Virus record (IMG/VR): IMGVR_UViG_3300035698_018317 | Span: 1 to 64,000 of that record | DNA length: 64,000 bases | Reading direction: 5' to 3' (one strand) | Part shown: positions 25,079 through 34,517 of the stretch, piece after piece | How positions within the stretch are numbered: the first letter of the stretch is position 1 | Layout: each line of letters starts with the position of its first letter | Notes under the pieces: generated by a model | What the model was told of the DNA's origin: nothing | Database searches by the model: none | The model's input: the letters and a program-made list of their open reading frames with translations, nothing else | Translations under genes and position numbers: made by a program

Positions 25079-25153
25079 AGGTTCACCTTCTGGCCGTTAT
25101 CATATAAGCATAGCCAGAAGGATTATAGGTTCCCCTTATCTGTTTGTAAAGTC

Positions 25154-26224
25154 TTAGCTGACCCAAATCACATGTTTTTTTGCTCTGGAAGCGGCTGTAT
25201 AGGCCCATCTCGTATGGTCCCAAAACTTACATTGCTGTTCAAGGACCATTACATTGTCCCATTCATCCCCTTGAGATTTATGTGCTGTGATGCAATATCC
25301 ATAATCGAAAGGCAACGGGTCATCCTGTGAACCTTGGAAATCACATTTTTCCTGATTAAACTGTTCTGGGTCAAAGAATACACGATACATTTCATCATTA
25401 GAAGTGAATTCTATTTGGTTTTTCAATTTTCCTGACATAGTTGTTATATGTCCTTGCATCCCATTGAATACCCCTAATTTTTTATGATTTTTCAAGCACA
25501 TGATTTTGTCACCAACTACAGGCCAGTCAGCATCGAATTCTTTTCTATATCTGACTTTTTTGTTCATAGCGACTCGTGTTTTGTTGAATGCACATATGAT
25601 TTGGTCTGCATCATCAATATAATTGTTTATCTCATAGTTTTTTATAAAAACTACTTTTCCTTCTATACTTCGGAAGGAGGTGGCCGGATAACCCATTCTG
25701 ATATGTTGAGCGAAGTGAGCAATTTCTCCAGCATTTCTATGTATTTTTTCTAATCGTAAATCCGGGTCCATCATTAACTTCATTCCTTCACCAACGGGTT
25801 CTAATTGCCCGTGGTCGCCCACAAAGATGATAGGCAGTCCAAAGGAGCATAAGTCTTGATAAATGGTCTTACTGACCATTGAGGCTTCATCTACGATGAT
25901 TCCATCGAAGGCCAAGAACTCGGCCAGCCTAAAGACAGGACTTCCATGTTTATCGAGAATCATTTTCCCGTCTTTATCTAAAACAGGTTTATATATTAAA
26001 CTATGAATTGTAGAAGCGGAATCTATCCCTTTTTGCCTTAAAACATTTGCTGCTTTTCCTGTGAATGCACATATGGCATAAGTAGGTAATACTTCATGAA
26101 GGTAAGAAACGACTGTCGATTTGCCCGACCCTGCCCAGCCTCCAATTGTGGTTATTTTGTTGTCAAATTTAAGAACTTCTTGTACAACATATTCTTGTTC
26201 ATTAGTTAATTTAATATTTTTCAT
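25154..26224 (-). CDS. RecD/Dda-like SF1B DNA helicase
   Basis: GWAGSGKS, DEASMV, GDHGQLEPV and YCITAHKSQGDEW. Confidence 0.9.
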   Translation of the reverse strand: MKNIKLTNEQEYVVQEVLKFDNKITTIGGWAGSGKSTVVSYLHEVLPTYAICAFTGKAANVLRQKGIDSASTIHSLIYKPVLDKDGKMILDKHGSPVFRLAEFLAFDGIIVDEASMVSKTIYQDLCSFGLPIIFVGDHGQLEPVGEGMKLMMDPDLRLEKIHRNAGEIAHFAQHIRMGYPATSFRSIEGKVVFIKNYEINNYIDDADQIICAFNKTRVAMNKKVRYRKEFDADWPVVGDKIMCLKNHKKLGVFNGMQGHITTMSGKLKNQIEFTSNDEMYRVFFDPEQFNQEKCDFQGSQDDPLPFDYGYCITAHKSQGDEWDNVMVLEQQCKFWDHTRWAYTAASRAKKHVIWVS

Positions 26225-26288
26225 ATTTTATTTCTTTTGTTGGTGGACTCGCAGGCACCGGACTATATAATTGTATAAGGATTATACC

Positions 26289-27164
26289 ATGAATGAATTT
26301 ACAAAACAATGCCCATCTTGCGGAAAATTAATTAATTGCAAAACAAAATATTACTTAAAAGAGTCAAAAAGAAAAAATAGGAATTGCCAATCATGTGCAG
26401 CAAAAGAAAGAATAAAAAAATACGGAAACAATGATAGTTTTAATAAAATATCAAAAAAAGGAGCACAATCCGGCGAGCTAAACCCATTTTATGGAAAAAA
26501 ACATTCTGACGACGCTAGAAAAAAAATAAGTGAAAATACCAACCGAGAATGGATGAATACAGCAGAATATAAAGCAAAGGTGTCTAAGCAATGTTCTGGT
26601 AAGGGCAATCCAATGTATGGAAAAATATGTTATCAAATTTGGTTGGAAAAATATGGCAAAGAAGAAGCAGATAGACGTAAAGAAGCAAGAAGACAGAAAG
26701 CTTCCAAAAGTCTTTCTGGAGCTAATAATCCGATGTACGGCAAACCATCACCACAGGGGTCAGGTAATGGTTGGAATGGATGGTATAAAGATTGGTTTTT
26801 CAGAAGTTTGTTAGAATTGTCCTATGTTGTAAATGTATTGGAAAAACAAAATAAAAAATGGGTAAGTGCTGAATATATTAAAATACCATATGAATCATAT
26901 GATGGACATCAAAGGACTTACCGACCAGATTTTTTAGTCGATAGTCATTTGCTTATAGAAATTAAGCCCGCTAAACTTGTTAATACACGTTTGGTGCAAA
27001 TTAAAAAACAAGCGGCTATCCAATATGCAAAACAAAAAGACATGGATTATCAAATTATATCACCACAAATGATATCTAAGTCTAATTTGATACAATTGCA
27101 TCAGGATGGACAATTTAAATTTACTGAAAAATATGAAGAGAAGTTCATTCAATATTATAGATAA
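26289..27164 (+). mobile_element. Free-standing putative homing endonuclease (Zn finger + NUMOD3 repeats + TnsA-like PD-(D/E)xK domain)
   Basis: CPSC..CQSC, NPFYGKKHS, NPMYGK twice, YRPDF..IEIKP. Confidence 0.75.
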
Positions 27165-27215
27165 TTGTTTAAAGTCTATATATAAAATTTTAATATAAAG
27201 ACCATATATAAATTC

Positions 27216-27785
27216 ATGAGCATAACTTGTCAATATACAGATAACAACGGGGAGTTACAGTCAGCCCAAATTTGTGCTGGCTTAACTGAAGAGGGAATGG
27301 TTCCGGCTATCACCTTATGTCAACAGCCAGAACTTCTTGTAACGATTCCTAGTTACGGAAATGAATGTGAAGTAGTGGCTTTAGAAACAGACCCTATTCC
27401 GCCTACACCTACTCCCACAGGAAACGTCCAAAAACAATTATGGTTTTCATCGGTTATTGACTTTACGTTTGCCGGTAATACAAACATATACCGAGTTCCA
27501 GATGGTTATTATTTAATGATTGACACATTAGAGATTGTCACGCTACAGATAACTACTCCGGGGACCGCCCCAACTGTAAAGTTTGGTACTAGCGCAAATG
27601 ATGATTTATTCTTTGGGCCAACCTTAAGTCAATCAAATGCCGAAAATGCTCGTCATGTGGCTGAAATACCTCAGAATTTAGTTACTGCAACTAATTACGT
27701 ATCAGGTGGGGTTCATTTGAAATCTACGGCAGCGGTTCATATTGGATTGTTTATTTTTACTGGATACTTAATCGAAACAGTTTAA
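27216..27785 (+). CDS. Hypothetical protein, possibly virion-associated
   Basis: 189 aa, Thr-rich and beta-like; TATATA 5 nt before the ATG. Confidence 0.65.
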   Translation: MSITCQYTDNNGELQSAQICAGLTEEGMVPAITLCQQPELLVTIPSYGNECEVVALETDPIPPTPTPTGNVQKQLWFSSVIDFTFAGNTNIYRVPDGYYLMIDTLEIVTLQITTPGTAPTVKFGTSANDDLFFGPTLSQSNAENARHVAEIPQNLVTATNYVSGGVHLKSTAAVHIGLFIFTGYLIETV

Positions 27786-27786
27786 A

Positions 27787-28092
27787 CTATTTTAAGAATT
27801 TTTTTTCGTAAGCTCTGTATATTTTGCTGTACTCTTTACCCCATATTGTACCATGAAATTCGTCTTCTTTTTCCCATGCTTTTGCATGACCCATTTCATG
27901 TAATAATGTATCTATTGCTGCCTCTTCAGATAGCATCTTATTAATTCTTATGAGATATTTGCCCTTTATCAGTTCACAATCCCCACAATAATCATCTGGC
28001 ATTTTTACTCGACGCACCCTAATGGGATGGTCAAATAAACAATGACTTCTTAGATATTTCGAAATTCTGTAATATCTGTCGTACTCACTCAT
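27787..28092 (-). CDS. Small HExxH metallopeptidase (SprT/ImmA-like)
   Basis: TLLHEMGHA...HG..W. Confidence 0.7.
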   Translation of the reverse strand: MSEYDRYYRISKYLRSHCLFDHPIRVRRVKMPDDYCGDCELIKGKYLIRINKMLSEEAAIDTLLHEMGHAKAWEKEDEFHGTIWGKEYSKIYRAYEKKFLK

Positions 28093-28205
28093 TAAAAATA
28101 TTTATTCATCATAAAAAATATATCTTATCTATATTAAGATAGGTTCAGACCTTGATGGCTGACCAACGACCGGATGCATAGTGCAACGGTAAGAAAGGAA
28201 AAAAG

Positions 28206-28718
28206 ATGTTAAGAGTACGAGAATTATCAAAAAGAGACGATTTTTTATGGCCCATTCAGTTCCAATTCAATAAGTTGTTTGATGAGTTTTTTTCAAATAA
28301 GAAATTAGATGCCTCAAAACATTCTGTTGGATATCCCAAAATGGACATTTTTGAAACAAAAAATAAATGGGTTATTCAGGTAGCTATTCCGGGTGTTGAC
28401 CCTGACCTTATAGGAGTAGAAATTACTCCTGAGAATACTGTTCGAATATATGGGGAAATGACTGAAAAACGACTTCCTTCTAACCTTGAACTCGGTGGTA
28501 AATTCGAGAAATCACCTGCCCGAGGGGAACATTATGAAGCCATATATTACATGAAAGAACTTAGAAGGTCTAAGTTTGAACGTGAAATATATTTACCTGA
28601 AAATCTAGCGGGAGAGCCAGAAGCTATTGTGAAAGATGGAATGCTCACATTATCATGGGATTTTGAAGTAACAGAAGAAGAACCAGAACCCAAGTTGGTC
28701 GAAATTAAACGAGGGTAA
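28206..28718 (+). CDS. Small heat-shock protein (Hsp20 family)
   Basis: PKMDIFET...VAIPGVD, FEREIYLP and DGMLTL; C-terminal VEI motif. Confidence 0.88.
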   Translation: MLRVRELSKRDDFLWPIQFQFNKLFDEFFSNKKLDASKHSVGYPKMDIFETKNKWVIQVAIPGVDPDLIGVEITPENTVRIYGEMTEKRLPSNLELGGKFEKSPARGEHYEAIYYMKELRRSKFEREIYLPENLAGEPEAIVKDGMLTLSWDFEVTEEEPEPKLVEIKRG

Positions 28719-28726
28719 TATCAACT

Positions 28727-28756
28727 AAAAGACCCCGCTTCGGCGGGGTCTTTTTT
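28727..28756. terminator. Bidirectional intrinsic terminator
   Basis: AAAAGACCCCGC-TTCG-GCGGGGTCTTTTTT between convergent genes. Confidence 0.9.
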
Positions 28757-28762
28757 ATTTAT

Positions 28763-29524
28763 TTAACGTTTGTTACGCCAAACGGAGTCTAGGGTAACAG
28801 GCATATGTACGATATTTGCTTCTGCACCGGGATAAGGCGGATAAACTTGATGGATGATAAATTGTTTTGTTTTTCCGGCTTTGAGTAATTCTCGTGCCAC
28901 ATTTTTAAACGCCTCAATGTGGTCTTTTCTATCATCCCATATTTCAATGATATCAAATCCTTTGTAATTTGCTACAAGTGTATTGACAACATATGTTTTA
29001 TGAGCAAGCGTATTGGAATCAGGTTTTTCTGTGCCTTTTTTCGATGTTCTTGTAGGATAACCTTTTTCGGTCATAAAGTCTCCCGTATAGTACTCTTGAT
29101 GAGAATTGGGAGACTTTTCTTCTGGGTGAACCATATCTTCTTTTGAGTCAACGGCTGATTGGAATTTTTCCCGAGATTTTTCATTGGCAGAACCAATGAC
29201 TCTTCGGCCATACAATTCTTGTTGTCTTAGGACGTTTCTAACGTGGGCAGAAGCAACGCCTCTTCTCCCGGTAAGAAGAATAGCTACAGTATTAGGGTCG
29301 TTCTTTGCTTCTTTAAAAGCATCAACCACTTCTTGATTTACGCTTCCATCATAGAATGGTGCCGTAAGGGAGTCTTTACTTCCCCACCAATCTTTACCGC
29401 TCCATCCGTGTTGAGGGTCATCTGTTTTTGGTCTTTCTGGTACATTAGCAATTGTACCATCAAAGTCGAAAACAGATAGACGACGAGTAGGAGCTTCTTC
29501 CACATATTGTCGAAATTCGCCCAT
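28763..29524 (-). CDS. HAD phosphatase, Swiss-Army-Knife RNA-repair-like family
   Basis: VFDFDGT, DPNTVAILLTGR and IEIWDDRKDH. Confidence 0.75.
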   Translation of the reverse strand: MGEFRQYVEEAPTRRLSVFDFDGTIANVPERPKTDDPQHGWSGKDWWGSKDSLTAPFYDGSVNQEVVDAFKEAKNDPNTVAILLTGRRGVASAHVRNVLRQQELYGRRVIGSANEKSREKFQSAVDSKEDMVHPEEKSPNSHQEYYTGDFMTEKGYPTRTSKKGTEKPDSNTLAHKTYVVNTLVANYKGFDIIEIWDDRKDHIEAFKNVARELLKAGKTKQFIIHQVYPPYPGAEANIVHMPVTLDSVWRNKR

Positions 29525-29539
29525 TCTTTCATTCCTAGC

Positions 29540-31096
29540 TTACTTTAACGTTTTTTTGAATGCTTCAGCTTCTAAGCCACTGATGATTTCACCACGTTGA
29601 TGCGGTGGTACTTTACCAGAACCATTGCACTCTTCGCAACCCATTCCGTTACATTTTTTACAGGTATCTCCACCTGATGCTTCTATATCACCCCATTTTA
29701 CTGAGGGTTGATGACCTGCGAAGGCTTTAACTCGTTTTGCCCACCAGCCACCTCTACGGTTTCTTTTGGTGCCGGGAGCGTTGAACATTTCTACCCAATC
29801 TCTAATTTGTTGGGCTGATAAACCAGTTCCTTGTTTTCCTTTAAAGAACTGACTAACTTGGTTGGGTTGGAAATTCTTTAATTTAAGCAGAAACAGGACG
29901 GCTCGACGTTCTTCTATTTGCCAACCAGTCGCTTTTGATTCTTTCCCAACTTGTCGCAGGGAGCTTAATGTTTCAGCTACTTTTTCAATAGGATTATACC
30001 TAAGAAGCCAAGCAAGAGCCAGAGGTTTATCATTTTTATCAGAAAATTCTGCTGGAACTCCTTTAGCTTGAGCAAAATTGACTCCGGGGAATATAACCGG
30101 AAGTAATTTTGTCCTATCATAAATAGTAAGATATTTCTTTGAATCTATGTCTGGGTCTAATAGACCTTTCAAAAATTCATCTCTGATTCTTTCAAGAGAG
30201 ATACGTTCTGGGAGATTCATGAAATTTGGAATTGCCTTGGCAATTTCCGGGTCAAGTTTATCTCCTTGTCCAAATCGGCATTGGAATCGGATTGCTCTCA
30301 TAATACGAACAGGGTCTTCCTCAAATCTTTCTTGAGCTTTTCCAACTGTTTTTACCTTACCATGTTTCAAGTCATGAAGACCTCTTCCAGTTGGGTCATA
30401 TAACTTTTTATTTTCTCCATCTGCTTTAGTCAATTCAATATAAAGAGCATTAATTGTCAAATCTCTTCTACTGGCATCTTCCTTCGGATTATCCACAAAA
30501 TCAACTTCTGATTGGCCATTTTCTGTACCTTGGCCGACCTTTGCATCTTTACGGAAGGTTGCGATTTCAAATTCTTCTTTTTCTACCACAGCGCTAATAA
30601 CAAAGACTTTTTTCTCTTCACTATTATCTCTTCCTTTTATGAACCAAAGTTTTGTATCACCCTTTTGGGCATCTTCTATTTTTCTTGTTTGTCCATCTTC
30701 ATCATAGAATTTTGAAGGAAGGTTTAGTTCATCTCCTTCTTTTCCGCTTTTATCACCAGTTCTTTTGAATCCGGCTGATGCGAGGATGGTTGCCACTTGA
30801 GCGGGAGTAGCATTGGTGGCTAAATCATAATCTTTAACAGTTTTACCTTTGATGAAGTCACGCACGGGACCACCTACCAAGTAAAGTGTTTTCTTGGGCA
30901 TGGCTACGTCTTTACCGCTGGTATCTTTTTGAAGTACGATGCTTCCGCTATTCAGAAACGCTCTAACTATTGGGCGTAATTTTTGTGGAGGTATAAATCC
31001 TTTGTCAAGAGGGGCCGCAGCAGATTCGGCTTTCCAATCTTTGCTACCTTTTTCCTCTTTCAACATCACGTATTTTTTAAAGCTTCTTGTATTCAT
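29540..31096 (-). CDS. Class II tRNA nucleotidyltransferase (CCA-adding/poly(A) polymerase family)
   Basis: LVGGPVRD..KDYDLAT, EIATFR, RRDLTINA, EDPVRIMRAIRF and SLERIRDE; C-terminal CxxC..CxxC. Confidence 0.9.
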   Translation of the reverse strand: MNTRSFKKYVMLKEEKGSKDWKAESAAAPLDKGFIPPQKLRPIVRAFLNSGSIVLQKDTSGKDVAMPKKTLYLVGGPVRDFIKGKTVKDYDLATNATPAQVATILASAGFKRTGDKSGKEGDELNLPSKFYDEDGQTRKIEDAQKGDTKLWFIKGRDNSEEKKVFVISAVVEKEEFEIATFRKDAKVGQGTENGQSEVDFVDNPKEDASRRDLTINALYIELTKADGENKKLYDPTGRGLHDLKHGKVKTVGKAQERFEEDPVRIMRAIRFQCRFGQGDKLDPEIAKAIPNFMNLPERISLERIRDEFLKGLLDPDIDSKKYLTIYDRTKLLPVIFPGVNFAQAKGVPAEFSDKNDKPLALAWLLRYNPIEKVAETLSSLRQVGKESKATGWQIEERRAVLFLLKLKNFQPNQVSQFFKGKQGTGLSAQQIRDWVEMFNAPGTKRNRRGGWWAKRVKAFAGHQPSVKWGDIEASGGDTCKKCNGMGCEECNGSGKVPPHQRGEIISGLEAEAFKKTLK

Positions 31097-31097
31097 T

Positions 31098-31655
31098 TTA
31101 TTGTTGACCTTTTAACATGGCAGTCATTCTTTCAGGATGCGTTTTCGATATTCTCACTACATAGACTTCTTTACCGTCTTGTGTCGTCCATGATTGTAGT
31201 ACCTTTCCTAATTCTGACAAGTTCCCATTTTGAATTTCTTTTTGGACTCTATCATCTGAGATAGCAGCCTTTACCGCTTGTGTTTTTCTCTTTTTAGCAT
31301 ATTCTGTCGGAGAAAGTAGTCCTTTATCTCCTGAAGGGTCCATTTGAATCTCTATTTCTAAATCATTTGCGCCCATTTCATATTTATTTACATCCATGCC
31401 TGTGAAGCCCATAAATGGTTCTGCACCAGAATCTTTCATGGTATCTAGCATTCTATTTCTGAAAGCACTACCGATTCCTGTTGTGGCTTGAGTAGTCCAT
31501 TTTCCTAAAGTAGAATGTCCTTTTTGAGATAAATAATCTCCGACTCCTCTTGGCATATCCATTGCGGGTTGTGAATACCTCATTTGCCGAACTTGTCTGG
31601 TTCCCGGCAAATTACCTTGTAACTCTTGAAGTTGTAACCACTCTTTAAATTTCAT
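31098..31655 (-). CDS. Hypothetical protein with capsid-targeting-like N-terminus
   Basis: Starts MKFKEWLQLQE. Confidence 0.7.
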   Translation of the reverse strand: MKFKEWLQLQELQGNLPGTRQVRQMRYSQPAMDMPRGVGDYLSQKGHSTLGKWTTQATTGIGSAFRNRMLDTMKDSGAEPFMGFTGMDVNKYEMGANDLEIEIQMDPSGDKGLLSPTEYAKKRKTQAVKAAISDDRVQKEIQNGNLSELGKVLQSWTTQDGKEVYVVRISKTHPERMTAMLKGQQ

Positions 31656-31663
31656 ATCTTTTC

Positions 31664-32158
31664 CTATAACGGAGCTTGTAGTCCTAATCTAAATAGGAGA
31701 TACGCAGCCAAAAGTACCCAAACAATTTGTATTACAAATCCAAATGCTGATTTCCATCTTCCTTCATTTTGTTGTGATTGGCCTTGAAGTTCTTGAATAT
31801 TAGCAGCGTTTTGGTGACTTCTTTCATCTGATGCTTGAATAATAGGGATATTAGTATCACATTTATTCTGAAGCGATTCTAAATGAAGGTTCGTATCATG
31901 TACTCTGTCAAATAGTTTTCCTATGTCTCTTTTATATGAGTCAGGACTGGTTGCTTCTACCACAGAAAGTCTCGCAGACATTTTACTAATAGAGTCACTC
32001 ATGTTTTCTATTTTTTTATCTGTTTCATCTTGCTTTTTCATGACAACTTGAACTCGTTCGTCAATCCTAGTGGAAAGTTCGAATAAGTTCTTTATTGACT
32101 CGGAAACTTGCAAAAAATATTGTTCGCCGACTGTCGTGTTGTTCACTGAATCTCCCAT
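31664..32158 (-). CDS. Coiled-coil protein with C-terminal TM segment
   Basis: Heptad-like body followed by AFGFVIQIVWVLLAAYLLF. Confidence 0.65.
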   Translation of the reverse strand: MGDSVNNTTVGEQYFLQVSESIKNLFELSTRIDERVQVVMKKQDETDKKIENMSDSISKMSARLSVVEATSPDSYKRDIGKLFDRVHDTNLHLESLQNKCDTNIPIIQASDERSHQNAANIQELQGQSQQNEGRWKSAFGFVIQIVWVLLAAYLLFRLGLQAPL

Positions 32159-32208
32159 TAACGTACCTTAAATAAATGAAACGTTGTATTCTCTACTATA
32201 TATACATC

Positions 32209-32673
32209 ATGGAAGCCAAAGAAAAAGAAAAGCTTGAGATAGAAGAATTACCTGAGAATATGAAAGACATGATTCCATCTATAAACGTGGGTGAAATTCA
32301 AAAAAAAGAAGAAGAAGAACCATTAATAACTGATGATGTCCTCCTAACTATGTATGCGGAGATTGCGAATAACATTCGAGGAGACCGTGGTGAAATAGAC
32401 AATATTTTAAATAATTTCGTAGATATGGTGTTTAATGAAGGAGACTCAACTACTTCAAGTAAAGAAGCAGTAGTCAACCTTATCAAGTTGAGGTCTGAAC
32501 AATCTGATAAGATGACAAAAGTTGCAGATTTAATGACAAGAATAAAATTAAAAGAAAGAGATACTTTTCCACGTTATATGGCAGCTTCTCAAAATAATAC
32601 CATAAATATAGGTGGAGATAGAAGAGCGTTGTTAGAAGCGATTACAAAAGCAAAAAGTGCCCAAAAGGATTAA
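32209..32673 (+). CDS. Hypothetical protein, possibly T4 gp16-like small terminase
   Basis: Helical core and a C-terminal QNNTINIGG motif reminiscent of T4-type small terminases; weak similarity. Confidence 0.35.
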   Translation: MEAKEKEKLEIEELPENMKDMIPSINVGEIQKKEEEEPLITDDVLLTMYAEIANNIRGDRGEIDNILNNFVDMVFNEGDSTTSSKEAVVNLIKLRSEQSDKMTKVADLMTRIKLKERDTFPRYMAASQNNTINIGGDRRALLEAITKAKSAQKD

Positions 32674-32674
32674 T

Positions 32675-33973
32675 ATGAGTAATAGACATAATTTGGATGA
32701 TTGGTTGGTAGAGGCTGACACACCCGCTGCGTCGGGACAACCAGACCCGATGGGTATGACCCCATCTAGTGACCCTGCGGATATATCGCAGGACATGAGT
32801 GACCCTAATGTTGCAAATATGCAGCAGCAAAATGCTCCTTCGGAAGACCCAAACAATCCAGAGGATGTGAATCAAGACCCAATAGCACCGGATATGCCAG
32901 AACCACAAAACGAAGTAACAGATTTCGAAGTGTGGAAAAATGAATATCTGAAAGAGTCCATCATAGGAAATGCAAATGAACTGATGGACTTGTTGAACCA
33001 AGTACGTGACAAAGAAAATCTTAAACCTTATCAAAGAAAATTTGTTGAAGACAATGTAAATATCCAATTGGTCCGATTGAATTCTAATGTGGATAAAGCA
33101 TCTAAAGAAATACGAAGACAAATAAAACAACAGTTAGATAAAAACAATCCGGCTACGTCAGTAGTCAACCATGTAACATCAGTATTAGAGACAATGCCTG
33201 AATTGAACAGCATTTTCATCAAGTTATGTGGATACACAGGTCAAAAAGGTGATTTGCATAGAAAGTTTATCGCTGGTTTACTGGGTGGAGTTCAAGTTGG
33301 AAGTGGTGGAAATAATGAAGATATTATTTACAATGAAAAAGAATATTCAATATTGTTTTCCACTCGTTTCAATTCCAGATGGGGTGATGTCATGTTAGGC
33401 TCTTGGAGTTTAAGAAGTGATGACGCCGAAAGATATTTGGAAGAACCTGAATTAAAAAGATTACAAGAAGGAAGCCCAGAAGAAAAAGATGCGTTAAGAA
33501 GAAGAATCGTTATTGATTCAATAGCTCAACTTTTTGAAACAAGAGCTTTTTATATCAACGTAGTAGCAGATGATGGAACTCTCTTCACTCTTGGGTGGGA
33601 TATAGCTAACTCTTTGAGAAATGCGTTTGTAGAAGGAAAATTAGTTGTAAAAACAAGACAATCTGGTGACTCAGAAGCAATGATAGATGACCAAGGTAAA
33701 ATTATTCCTTTAATGGACATCAGTATTGCTTACGTAAAAGAGACGGGTCAACAGGATGAAGAAGGAAAGCCGGAAACTGAGGAAGTTGAATTTATAGACA
33801 GAAAAGACGGAATGCTTTTCTTAACTGCTGATTTGAAACTTATTCGAGAGGCATCCGTTGCTCTACAAGGTACATCATTTAAAGAAACACCTTATACGGG
33901 AAACCCCTCAGATTTAATGACGTTAAAACGATGTGTCTATTCTGCTCATGATTTGCTGATGAGGCAATGCTAA
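32675..33973 (+). CDS. Hypothetical protein, probably virion-associated
   Basis: Acidic, Pro/Gln-rich N-terminus starting MSNRHNLDDWLVEA; head of the structural region. Confidence 0.7.
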   Translation: MSNRHNLDDWLVEADTPAASGQPDPMGMTPSSDPADISQDMSDPNVANMQQQNAPSEDPNNPEDVNQDPIAPDMPEPQNEVTDFEVWKNEYLKESIIGNANELMDLLNQVRDKENLKPYQRKFVEDNVNIQLVRLNSNVDKASKEIRRQIKQQLDKNNPATSVVNHVTSVLETMPELNSIFIKLCGYTGQKGDLHRKFIAGLLGGVQVGSGGNNEDIIYNEKEYSILFSTRFNSRWGDVMLGSWSLRSDDAERYLEEPELKRLQEGSPEEKDALRRRIVIDSIAQLFETRAFYINVVADDGTLFTLGWDIANSLRNAFVEGKLVVKTRQSGDSEAMIDDQGKIIPLMDISIAYVKETGQQDEEGKPETEEVEFIDRKDGMLFLTADLKLIREASVALQGTSFKETPYTGNPSDLMTLKRCVYSAHDLLMRQC

Positions 33974-33982
33974 AGGAAAATA

Positions 33983-34501
33983 ATGCAAAAATTTACAGAC
34001 TTTGTTGGCAAAAAAGAACGAGATGCTAGAAAACAACTCGGAATTATAAAGAAAATTCTTGAAAAGAATGATTATCAGGTCTCTGATTTTCTTGAAGAAA
34101 TAGGAGACCCTTACATATTCGTTAAGGCACCAAATACAAATGAAGAATTGTCATTTGAAGGCATTAGAATATACAAAATAGGAAGTGATATAGCATACAG
34201 AGTTCAAAACGAAGAAAAAACTCAGCCTTATGGAAAAGCTTATTCTATTGCTGTAGAAGAAATGTATGACGACTTTATTTCTGATAAGTTTAAAGAAGAA
34301 AAAGCTGGTCAAGAAGTAATGGAATCCGTATTTAAGGAAATAGAAAGATTTTTTACACAAAGTTTGATTGCTGAAAAGCAACTTCGTTCCGCAGAAATAG
34401 AAAAAAATAGGGACCAACTGGGCAGAGTCATCATAGGTGGAAGTGGCACAGGAACCGATTATAGCAACCTGATATCTAAAACAAGTGTTGGTAGCAACTA
34501 G
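33983..34501 (+). CDS. Hypothetical protein
   Basis: AAAGGAA SD; starts MQKFTDFV. Confidence 0.7.
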   Translation: MQKFTDFVGKKERDARKQLGIIKKILEKNDYQVSDFLEEIGDPYIFVKAPNTNEELSFEGIRIYKIGSDIAYRVQNEEKTQPYGKAYSIAVEEMYDDFISDKFKEEKAGQEVMESVFKEIERFFTQSLIAEKQLRSAEIEKNRDQLGRVIIGGSGTGTDYSNLISKTSVGSN

Positions 34502-34517
34502 CCCGTTGTAATATAAT

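Noticed and set aside
31664-32158. Holin call for the coiled-coil protein with a C-terminal TM segment
   Set aside because: No adjacent endolysin was recognised, and the topology alone is insufficient.
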